64,000 bases of DNA from Macrostomum lignano. Taxonomy: Eukaryota. Below are positions 1 through 10,805 of this stretch, piece by piece (the first letter of the stretch is position 1; each line of letters opens with the position of its first letter). Location: assembly GCA_002269645.1 (NCBI GenBank), contig NIVC01002276.1, positions 57,651-121,650 on the forward strand, in the 5' to 3' direction. A program made the position numbers and the translations under genes. The notes under the pieces are model-generated. The model was not told the origin of the DNA. It saw nothing but the letters and a program-made list of their open reading frames with translations, and did not search any database.

Positions 1-1678
1 CGACCGGTGATTGCTTGGCTGCACTCCGGATTCCTGGAAACTGGCGGCATCTCCGAGCCTGAGGCGCCGCTTGGCCGCCAGTTGGTGGCGCGGCAGCGGC
101 TGCTGCTGGTTGAGGTCGCCTTCCGGCTGGGAGTCCTCGGCTTCCTTAGGCCGCCCGGAACCACCGGGGGCAACTGGGGACTGCTGGACCAGCAGATGGC
201 GCTAAGCTGGGTGAGATGCGGGCTGGGTGAGATGCGGATTGGGTGAGATGTGGGTTGGGTGAGATGCGGGCCAGGTGAGATGCGGATTGGGTGAGATGTG
301 GGTTGGGTGAGATGCGGATTGGGTGAGATGCGGATTGGGTGAGATGCGGGCTGGGTGAGATGCGGATTGGGTGAGATGTGGGTTGGGTGAGATGCGGGCC
401 AGGTGAGATGCGGATTGGGTGAGATGTGGGTTGGGTGAGATGCGGGCCAGGTGAGATGCGGATTGGGTGAGATGTGGGTTGGGTGAGATGCGGATTGGGT
501 GAGATGCGGATTGGGTGAGATGCGGGCTGGGTGAGATGCGGATTGGGTGAGATGTGGGTTGGGTGAGATGCGGATTGGGTGAGATGCGGGCTGGGTGAGA
601 TGCGGATTGGGTGAGATGCGGATTGGGTGAGATGCGGGCTGGTTGATATGCGGGCTGGGTGAGATGCGGGCCGGGTGAGATATCACACCAAGAGCGTAAT
701 CTTACTTCTCAGATTAGCTCTAACATTCGTGCCTTCGGAGGCGACGCCGGCAGCGTGACGCTGGCTGGCGCGAGTTACGGCGCCTCGGCGACGGGCCTCC
801 ATCTCTTCAGCGCCGGCAGCAGTCGACTCTTTCACAGGACGGCGTTGCTTGGCGGCTCGCCGCTGGCGCCGTGGCTTCTCGTCACCGACGACGCCGCTGC
901 TTCCGCTATCGCGGACGACTTCACCGCCCGAGCCTCCTGCCGCCGCGCCAACGACTCGGAAACGCTCCGCTGTCTTCGGGACGCCGGTGCTGACGCCCTA
1001 ACAGCGCTGCAGCCGCCGGCCGACCGGCCGCTCGACGTCGCCGCCTTCCCGGTCGTCATTGACGGCCGCTTCATCACTGACCGCCCGGCACCGGGCAGCC
1101 TCGCCACTCCGAAGCCTGTCGTCCTCGGAGTCGCCGAAAGCGACAGCGACTCGCTCGCCGTTCGCGCCATCGGACACCGAAACGTTTCCGGCCTCGCCGG
1201 CCAGCTGTATCAGGACGTACTGGACGAGGCGTTTCGTTTCTTCCCCAGCTTCCCTCGCCGTCCCTCCGCCACGGGCCGCCGGCTTCTGTCCGGCCGCCTC
1301 ACCGCCTTCCCAAGCGCCTCCGCTGCTCGGCTCAACAAGCAGCTGCTGGCTCGGGGCCTCGGCCTGTGGCATTCCGCGTGTCCGGTGAACCAACTGTCCG
1401 ACTGGCTCTGCGGCGCATCTGCGCCCGTCTTCGTCTACCAGTTTGCCGAAGCTCCGCGTCCCGGCGGCGACTCCACAGACGGCCTCGGCGAGGATGCAGC
1501 CTACTTCGCTGGCGAGCCGCTGGGCGACCAGAGGTGAAGCTCGCAAGAGTGCAAATCGAATGGGTGCATGGGTTTCTATGAGTGGAGTCCTATGGGTCTT
1601 ATTATACCTTCTTGCTTCCTATTTGGTGTTTACTGCGTCAAATTTGGTGCGTTGCAAAGAGCCCAGCAGAGTTCATAT

Positions 1679-1737
<59 letters not shown>

Positions 1738-3196
1738 AAACAATTTACGCAACCCCGCATGCAAAGTCACAAAGCAGGGTGCGTCTGAGGGCAGAGTAAA
1801 CAGTCGGGCGCCTCGGGGTTGCATAGGAGGCAGTCCACGCATCGACGGGTTTGGGCCTGACCCCACCTGAACGGGCCCTGCAAGGTGAGCAGCAGGACGT
1901 CCTGAACAGGTTGGGGGCAGTAGCTCTCGGCCCAGATCACTTGGCCCGCCAGTTGAAGTGGCCGCCTGCGCAGGATGATGGACGGGCGCTGCAGCTTGGC
2001 CAGATTGCACAGGGCCTCGGTCCCGACACTCTCGTCAGCTCGAAAGGCCGCATGGAGCAGCCCTGAGTGCGCCGAGTCCAACTGCCGCTCCAGCGTAGCC
2101 GTCAGCGTCCATGTCTCGGCGTTGTATAGCAGGACAGTATATAAACCATAGACTAGTGTGCATTCACTGTCCTCTCTCTGTCCACCAGGCTGATTTCAGC
2201 GTATGGTCCTCTCTGCGCCATTCATTACTTTTACCATACATGCCTTCCAGCTGTGGTCCGAATTGATCACCGTTAAAACCAAATTGATTTCTGTTGTCTA
2301 TGGCTTTTCCTGGCTACGGTTTGTCTACGTAAAATGTTGGCCAGGCTAGACAACACGTCACACTTCCAACGGGCCACGCACCAATTTAAATGATCGAAAC
2401 AACCAAATTCCACGCAATTTTAAAGGTGTAGTTATATTTTGTCGTGTAGTCTCAACGGTATGAATCGGTGCGCCTGGCACTGCATAACTGTTGAATGCTA
2501 CTCTTTACAGGTAGACAGAAATTGCTAAAATATATCGATGAATACGAGCTATAATCTGTTTTGTTTTTACAATTTCGCAGGTACGACAGAGCGCAGCGCG
2601 AACTGTCAAGCCTCATGACGGCTGCTCTGGCCGAGTTCTGTCATGATGGCAGAATCAGCTCGTTGAACTGGCCGGCTGTATCTCTGGCCGAGCTGCAGTT
2701 CCTCCGACTGTCCAGCACCACCGGTCAGGAGCTGTCCATCGGCGGTCTGAACAGACAGGACTGCCAGTTCTGGCAGGACGAGCTGCCCTGGGTGAACTCC
2801 TTGGACACCGGCGCGGATGGCGGCACCACCGCCCAGACAAGCAGGCCGCCAGATCTGGAATCCGAGTTCTGGGCCAGGTGCAATTCAACGGTGAACACCA
2901 TCAGCCTTGTTGCTCTGTCTGTGGCTGGAGGTCTTCTTCTGCTGCTCTGCCTATCGATGTGCTTCGCCTGCAGGCGTCGACCAAGACGGCCGCTTCAGGT
3001 GGACAATTTGCGACGAGGTGAAGCCGGTTCGAACACGGAACTGCCTTCGCGGACAGCTGGAGGTCGCATTCTGGACGTCACTCGGCCGGGACGTCGACCA
3101 GACGGACGATTTCAAGCCGTTGAGGGGACCGCAGCATCCAGCCAGCGCACCACGCCCGATGGCTCTCGGCCGGGACTTCGACCAAAGAGAAAATGA
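1..3196 (+). CDS. Type-B carboxylesterase/cholinesterase-family single-pass membrane protein (5' end outside window), probably non-catalytic
   Basis: Exons 1-210, 713-1533 and 2581-3196 join in frame across GT-AG introns (phases 0 and 2). Family motifs: PVIAWLHSG, FRLGVLGFL, GNWGLLDQQMALSW|ISSNIRAFGGD, GASYG nucleophile elbow, FPVVIDG, PVFVYQF. Hydrophobic TM segment (ISLVALSVAGGLLLLLCLSMCFAC) followed by RRRPRR. Confidence 0.85.
211..681 (+). repeat. 16-bp minisatellite (GTGAGATGCGGGCTGG variants) filling intron 1 of the esterase gene
   Basis: About 29 tandem units starting exactly at the GT donor (211). Confidence 0.95.
1681..2138 (-). mobile_element. 5'-truncated RTE-like non-LTR retrotransposon 3' end with (TTG)n tail, in esterase intron 2
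   Basis: Minus strand reads TVLLYNAETWTLTATLERQLDSAHSGLL...RRRPLQLAGQV, resembling the post-RT region of RTE-clade ORF2 (VLLYGxETWTLT...RRLxxAGH). It is followed by (TTG)n (plus-strand AAC run, about 1679-1737). Possible 6-bp TSD ATATAA at 1675-1680 and 2139-2144. Confidence 0.75.
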
Positions 3197-3341
3197 TTGC
3201 ATGGGGATTTTTTCTGTCTGACAAAGAGACAAATCCTGGGAGTTTCCTATTTTAACATTTGGAATTTGGAAGTAAATGCAACACATCCACATGCTCGTTG
3301 ATTTGTAAATACGATCTGTTCTCAAATAGTTTAGTTGTCAC

Positions 3342-4038
<697 letters not shown>

Positions 4039-4105
4039 ATTTCAGCAAATCCAATGCGTCTCAATACAGCTCGCCGTTGAAGGAGGCAAGTTTTTACGTC
4101 ATCAA

Positions 4106-4485
4106 GGGACAGAGAAGCTCACAACCCAGCTGGTTCGATTCCTTTGGGGCTTGTGCGCACGAAAACTGACCCTGGGGGGGGGCACGGACTCTAAAGTAGA
4201 AAGACAGTGAAGTTGTCCGTGCCTGGGAGTTGTCGTGCAATTCACAGCCATGGCCATGAGGGCCAACCCCCCCCCCCCAGGCGCAGAGAGTGTACATACC
4301 TGACGGCTTAAAATGTCAGGGCCGCTGTACACCCTGTGTGAGCGTGTGCGTGAGTGCAAGCGTGTGTACAGTATTTGCGCGCTTGCATGCGCTCAGGAGT
4401 CAGGGGAATGAGCTCAGAATTGCCTCTCACTGCTGTTTGTCGGACGATGTCGCCGATGACGTTGCGCCTTTAATGTAAACTATTA
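4106..4485 (+). mobile_element. tRNA-derived SINE, family A, divergent-head subfamily
   Basis: B box GGTTCGATTCC at 4132-4142. Head GGGACAGAGAAGCT...ACAACCCA matches the 52.3-kb copy. Shares the family body CCCCCAGGCGCAG..GTGTACAT..AGGGCCGCTGTACAC..GCGCGCTTG. Confidence 0.65.
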
Positions 4486-4489
4486 AAGT

Positions 4490-5323
4490 CCGCATCTCAC
4501 CGAGTCCGCATCTCACCCAGCCTGCATCTCACCCAGCCCGCATCTCACCCAGCCCGCATCTCACCCAACCCCCATCTCACCCAGCCTGCATCTCACCCAG
4601 CCCGCATCTCACCCAACCCGCATCTCACCCAATCCGCATCTCACCCAGCCCGCATCTCACCCAGCCCGCATCTCACCCAGCCCGCATCTCACCCAGCCTG
4701 CATCTCACCCAGCCCGCATCTCACCCAACCCGCATCTCACCCAATCCGCATCTCACCCAGCCCCCATCTCACCCAGCCCGCATCTCACCCAACCCCCATC
4801 TCACCCAGCCTGCATCTCACCCAGCCCGCATCTCACCCAGCCCGCATCTCACCCAGCCCGCATCTCACCCAGCCCGCATCTCACCGAGCCCGCATTTCAC
4901 CAAGCCTGCATCTCACCCAGCCCGCATCTGACCCAGCCCGCATCTCACCCAGCCTGCATCTCACCCAGCCTGCATCTCACCCAGCCTGCATCTCACCCAG
5001 CCCGCATCTCACCCAGCCCGCATCTCACCCAGCCTGCATCTCACTCAGCCCGCATCTCACCCAGCCCGCATCTCACCCAGCCCGCATCTCACCCAGCCCG
5101 TATCTCACCCAGCCCGTATCTCACCCAGCCCGCATCTCACCCAGCCCGCATCTCACCGAGCCCGCATCCCACCCAGCCCGCATCTCACCCAGCCCGCATC
5201 TCACCCAGCCCGCATCTCACCTAGCCCGCATCTCACCCAGCCCGCATCTCACCCAGCCCGCATCTCACCCAGCCCACATCTCACCCAGCCCGCATCTCAC
5301 ACAGCCCGCATTTCAACCAGCCC
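4490..5323 (-). repeat. 16-bp minisatellite, reverse complement of the 211-681 array
   Basis: Unit CATCTCACCCAGCCCG is the reverse complement of CGGGCTGGGTGAGATG; about 52 units. Confidence 0.95.
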
Positions 5324-5451
5324 AAAACGAATGATTTTATTTAGTAAATAGCTTCAACTGAAATTCGAATTTATTTATAACGAACACTTAAGTACGTTGA
5401 CGGATCATAAAGTGTGCGTGAATGATGTTATACCCGACTAGTTTTAAAACT

Positions 5452-7668
5452 TTAAAACAGTTTCTTTCCTTCAGCATCTTCAGAATGCAGCAAGCGGTCC
5501 CAATCCTTCGAGTCCTGACTGGTTGATGCGACCTTCCTGATTGGCGGCAGACGGCGGGGCGGCGGGCGCTGCTGGTGGCTCAGCTGCACCGCCTCCGTCG
5601 AAACGGAGAGGACGCGTAATTGCTGCTGCTGATGAAAGTCGAAGGTGTCACCTGACTTGTTGGCTGTGAAGAGTTTTCTGTAGAAGATGGAGAGTAAACA
5701 TGGGCTACAGATTAGCAATCCATTCTGTTCCTTCACCCAGCAAATATGGCTATAGATTAGCAATCCATTCTGTTCTTTCATCCAGCAGATATGGCTATAG
5801 ATTAGCAATCCATTCTGTTCCTTCACCCAGCAGATATGGCTATAGATTAGCAATCCATTCTGTTCCTTCACCCAGCAGATATGGCTATAGATTAGCGATC
5901 CATTCTGTTCCTTCACCCAGCAGATATGGCTATAGATTAGCAATCCATTCTGTTCCTTCATCCAGCATACATGGCTATAGATTAGCAATCCATTCTGTTC
6001 CTTCATCCAGCATACATGGCTATAGATTAGCAATCCATTCTGTTCCTTCATCCAGCAGATATGGCTATAGATTAGCAATCCATTCTGTTCCTTCACCCAG
6101 CAGATATGGCTATAGATTAGCAATCCATTCTGTTCCTTCACCCAGCAGATAAGGCTATAGATTAGCAATCCATTCTGTTCCTTCACCCAGCAGATATGGC
6201 TATAGATTAGCAATCCATTCTGTTCCTTCACCCAGCAGATATGGCTATAGATTAGCAATCCATTCTGTTCCTTCATCCAGCAGATATGGCTATAGATTAG
6301 CAATCCATTCTGTTCCTTCACCCAGCAGATATGGCTATAGATTAGCAATCCATTCTGTTCCTTCATCCAGCAGATATGGCTATAGATTAGCAATCCATTC
6401 TGTTCCTTCATCCAGCAGATATGGCTATAGATTAGCAATCCATTCTGTTCCTTCACCCAGCAGATATGGCTATAGATTAGCAATCCATTCTGTTCCTTCA
6501 CCCAGCAGATATGGCTATAGATTAGCAATCCATTCTGTTCCTTCATCCAGCAGATATGGCTATAGATTAGCAATCCATTCTGTTCCTTCATCCAGCAGAT
6601 ATGGCTATAGATTAGCAATCCATTCTGTTCCTTCACCCAGCAGATATGGCTATAGATTAGCAATCCATTCTGTTCCTTCATCCAGCAGATATGGCTATAG
6701 ATTAGCAATCCATTCTGTTCCTTCACCCAGCAGATATGGCTATAGATTAGCAATCCATTCTGTTCCTTCACCCAGCAGATATGGCTATAGATTAGCAATC
6801 CATTCTGTTCCTTCACCCAGCAGATATGGGCTATAGATTAGCAATCCATTCTGTTCCTTCACCCAGCAGATATGGCTATAGATTAGCAATCCATTCTGTT
6901 CCTTCACCCAGCAGATATGGCTATAGATTAGCAATCCATTCTGTTCCTTCACCCAGCAGATATGGCTATAGATTAGCAATCCATTCTGTTCCTTCACCCA
7001 GCAGATATGGCTATAGATTAGCAATCCATTCTGTTCCTTCACCCAGCAGATATGGCTATAGATTAGCAATCCATTCTGTTCCTTCACCCAGCAGATATGG
7101 CTATAGATTAGCAATCCATTCCGAATTCCCACCCCTCACCCCATGCTCACCTGCTCTCTTCCTGCTGCTCACTCGGCCAGATGTCCCGCTCCCCGCTGTC
7201 GCGGTCATCGCAGGCCTCCTGCCATTCTCCGTCGCTATAAAATCGACCTCGATGCGGCTTTCTATTTTTTATAGAAAGAAACAATTAGAGAATAAACATA
7301 AAATGTATATTTTTTCAGAGTTTATATTTTTACAAGGATAATATGAAGAGCATCTGCAGGAGAGCACACAGGGGGCGCCATTTACATAGAGGCTTCAGCA
7401 AAATATGCTATACTCAGTTAATATGGCGCCCCTGGTGCTAAAGCCCCTGCTGCTGGCGCCCCAACAAAAATCCTTACCCCGGTCCCATAACACCCTCAGC
7501 TTACTTGTCCACAGTTGCATTGGCAGTCTGGTATTTCTTTGACCTGGGTGTCAGCGGTCCGAGCAGCTTGAGGCTCTGCTGTGCCTGTTTTGTCAGTTTG
7601 GAACTTCTCGACAAATCTCCAAGTTCGCACTTGGATTTGGAAACGGCAGGGCGGATATTTTTGTCCAT
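5452..7668 (-). CDS. Uncharacterised protein of about 166 aa (3 exons)
   Basis: Exons 7668-7505 (ATG...GACAA|gtaagc), 7261-7151 (...GAGAGCAG|gtgagc) and 5677-5452 (ctacag|A...TAA) join with matching phase 2/2 into 501 nt: MDKNIRPAVSKSKCELG...KPHRGRFYSDGEWQEAC...RRLPPIRK...GKKLF*. No family recognised; additional upstream exons are possible. Confidence 0.6.
5698..7122. repeat. 45-bp intronic minisatellite (ATATGGCTATAGATTAGCAATCCATTCTGTTCCTTCACCCAGCAG), about 31 copies
   Basis: Highly homogeneous tandem array inside the intron between the 7151 and 5677 exons. Confidence 0.97.
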
Positions 7669-9157
7669 TGTAGGGTTTGGTTAGTGTGAAGTAGGATATG
7701 GCGCAGTTCACTTGGGCAGTCTGTAGCTGCAGATATTCTACAATGTATTGATTCTTCACTCATCCAAGCCATTGTCTAATTAAGCTCACTCTGCCCAGCA
7801 TCAGCTGGAAGTGTACACTAGAAAATTAGGGATGAAGTTATGCATCTTTCCCTAAAAATGGACAGTCACCACAACTTGCGCGCACTTCACTCCAAATTGT
7901 GACTTCTCATCCCTCTTTCCCAAAGTTTTGTTGTCGTTGCTATCCAAACAACCAATGACTAATTATCTGGGCCCTGGACAGAGCATAAAAAATTAATATC
8001 TTGATTTTTAATGAAAAAATTATATCAATTTGTATCGAGTATATTACTGTTAGTAGTTTAACTGCTGTTTTACGAGATTTTTTGCAATATTTGCTCAGGT
8101 GTTGTTAGTTGTACCTGTTTTAAATTGTTCAATAATTTTATGCTATCTCGTTTTAGTCCAACTAACCGATTTTTTATAGATAATAATTTCTAGAATTCAT
8201 AATATTTAAGTGAATAAAATGATTGTATATATATATATATTAGTTTTTAGATGACTAGATTTCTTGATGTCATCGAGATATCTAGTCATCTAGACACTGA
8301 GATATCTAGTTGTTAAGACATTAAGATTACATCTATTCATCTCGATATCTAGATTACTAAGATATCTGGATGTCTTAGATGATTCGATATTTCGATTTCT
8401 AGATAAATTAGATATCTCGATGTCTTAGTTGCTTAGAGATTCTGGTGTCTAGATGACCCGACTAGATATCTAAATTCCTGAATAACTATTTAGGAATATC
8501 TAGAAGTCTAGTGATGCGAATTTTAAGATAATAAAATATTTCAATGCATAGAAATTGCTCTCTGCCCCTAAAAAAATGTTATAAATTTATTTCTTTAATT
8601 TATTTTTATTTATTTAAATTTTATTTTATTTTTATTTATTTATTTTATTTATTTATTTTATTTATTTTATTATATTTTATTTAATTTATTTTTAATTTAT
8701 TTAAAAAATATAAATTTATTTCTGCGGTCACACAGGGTTGGTTGGCACAATGCCAAGTAAGGAAAATACCCAATAGTGCCTAGATAAAACTGTTTACCCA
8801 AGTTTAAATGTGTCAGAGTGAACTGAATCATGATAATCTAGCTAGCTAGATGTAATTACACGGAGCCCGTTTTTTCATTGTAACTTTTGTTTCTATGAAA
8901 CCTATTGTATAAGTACGTGTCTACTCACGGCGACCTTCAGTCAGAGTGCGAATGTTGCTGCTTATAAAAAGTTAGTCTGGATGTATGACTAATCTTTCCG
9001 AAAGACAAAAATAGGACTACAAAAAATATAAATTTACTTAGGCTAAATCACATGACAGCAACTTCAATGCCGTCATCGTGGGACGGGCCGACATTGTTGG
9101 GCAAGAGTGGCAGGCATGCAGCTGAGGCATGACAGCGAAACAAAAATATTTAGACAT

Positions 9158-10089
9158 TGAGAGTCCCAGAGTGCCACACAGTCTGAGAGTCCCAGAGTCC
9201 CATAGAGCTCCACAGTCTGAGAGTCCCTTGCAGAGTCCCATAGAGATCTACAGTCTGAGAGTCCCAGAGTGCCACACAGTCTGAGAGTCCCAGAGTGCCA
9301 CACAGTCTGAGAGTCCCAGAGTGCCACACAGTCTGAGAGTCCCAGAGTCCCATAGATATCTACAGTCTGAGAGTCCCAGAGTGCCACACAGTCTGAGAGT
9401 CCCAGAGTCCCATAGAGATCCACAGTCTGAGAGTCCCAGAGTCCCATAGAGCTCCACAGTCTGAGAGTCCCTTGCAGAGTCCCATAGAGATCCACAGTTT
9501 GAGAGTCCCATGCAGAGTCCCATAGAGATCCACAGTCTGAGAGTCTGAGAGTCCCATAGAGATCCACAGTCTGAGAGTCCCAGAGTCCCATAGAGATCCA
9601 CAGTCTGAGAGTTCCTTGCAGAGTCCCATAGAGATCTACAGTCTGAGAGTCCCAGAGTCCCAAAGAGATCCACAGTCTGAGAGTCCCAGAGTCCCATAGA
9701 GCTCCACAGTCTGAGAGTCCCAGAGTCCCAAAGAGATCCACAGTCTGAGAGTCCCAGAGTCCCATAGAGATCCACAGTCTGAGAGTCCCTTGCAGAGTCC
9801 CATAGAGATCCACAGTCTGAGAGTCTGAGAGTCCCATAGAGATCCACAGTCTGAGAGTCCCTTGCAGAGTCCCATAGAGATCCACAGTCTGAGAGTCTGA
9901 GAGTCCCATAGAGATCCACAGTCTGAGAGTCCCAGAGTCCCATAGAGATCCACAGTCTGAGAGTCCCAGAGTCCCATAGAGATCCACAGTCTGAGAGTCC
10001 CAGAGTCCCATAGAGATCCACAGTCTGAGAGTCCCAGAGTCCCATAGAGATCCACAGTCTGAGAGTCCCAGAGTCCCATAGAGCTCCAC
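9158..10089. repeat. Mosaic 26/34-bp minisatellite (CAGTCTGAGAGTCCCAGAG...)
   Basis: Interspersed variants ending GTGCCACA and GTCCCATAGAGATCCA; related to the 12009-12403 array. Confidence 0.93.
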
Positions 10090-10805
10090 AGGGTAAGGTT
10101 AAGTCCAGACAAGTTCGTGAAGCTTTCTGCAGCAGATTGCAGCTTCTTTATCTACTCGAACATTTTCAAGTCGCCACAATTCGACCCGGCAACTGCAAGT
10201 GGAAAATTTCTCAATTATTTCAAGTCTCGTTCTACGAGCTATTAATTTATTAGACAAAGCAAAAGCTGATAAAAGGTCGAGTTGAAATATGTTCATTCTG
10301 AGATCATGCTTACACTCCGAATTTCACCTTTGACTGCTCTAACTCTCTAGTAGTTATTCGGGTTCAAACCGCTTTTGAGCTGTTTTGAAAAATAGAAGCG
10401 CGCGCGCCAAAATCCTTTGACATCACGTGACCTTCTTTATTACATCTGTAAGTATTTTTATTATTTTAGTTTAAACGTTAACACCGACCCCGATAATCCC
10501 AGTCAGTCGCTCTTTTTTGATGAAGCCTTGAAACCTGGCACTGCGCATCGCAGCAGGCCCCTTCTGGGCCAATCCGAGGCTATGCTTGATGAAGACCGGT
10601 TGCGGCCCCCTCCCAGCCTCCGCCTGGCCTGGGAAGTCCGCCCGTTTCTGGCCGGAATTCTTGATATAAATTCAGAAGAGCGATGACAGCTGGTCGTCAA
10701 CGAAAACTCTGACTATTGAATCAGTACAGTTCAATATCGAAGTTGTTTGGATCAGTTTCCTAAAGATTAAAAAAACTAATCCAGTTAGTTTATCAAGTCA
10801 AAGAC

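Noticed and set aside
5698-7122. CRISPR-like look of long regular arrays (also 22565-23108 and 59250-59670)
   Set aside because: Head-to-tail units with no unique spacers, no cas genes, and a eukaryotic intron context.
5678-7150. 454-aa (MKEQNGLLIYSHICW)n ORF continuous with the orphan's last exon; intron length 1473 is 3n
   Set aside because: Retention of the intron gives AGG TGA immediately after the donor, and a 1-bp insertion near 6826 breaks the repeat frame. The open frame reflects the 45-bp unit only.
7363-7439. CAGGGGGCGCCAT...ATGGCGCCCCTG hairpin resembling paired CTCF motifs
   Set aside because: Only a partial motif match; related sequence recurs near 16095-16125, so a small repeat/MITE remnant is more likely.
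8240-8515. Degenerate CTAGATATC-rich quasi-palindrome
   Set aside because: Too degenerate to define termini or a TSD.
9038-10112. Multiple overlapping minus-strand ORFs up to 338 aa
   Set aside because: Minisatellite translations.
10396-10412. E2F-like TTTTGGCGCGC site upstream of MGLL
   Set aside because: A single short motif with no TSS evidence.
10417-10686. 89-aa ORF upstream of MGLL
   Set aside because: Non-ATG start, no homology recognised, and not needed for the MGLL frame.
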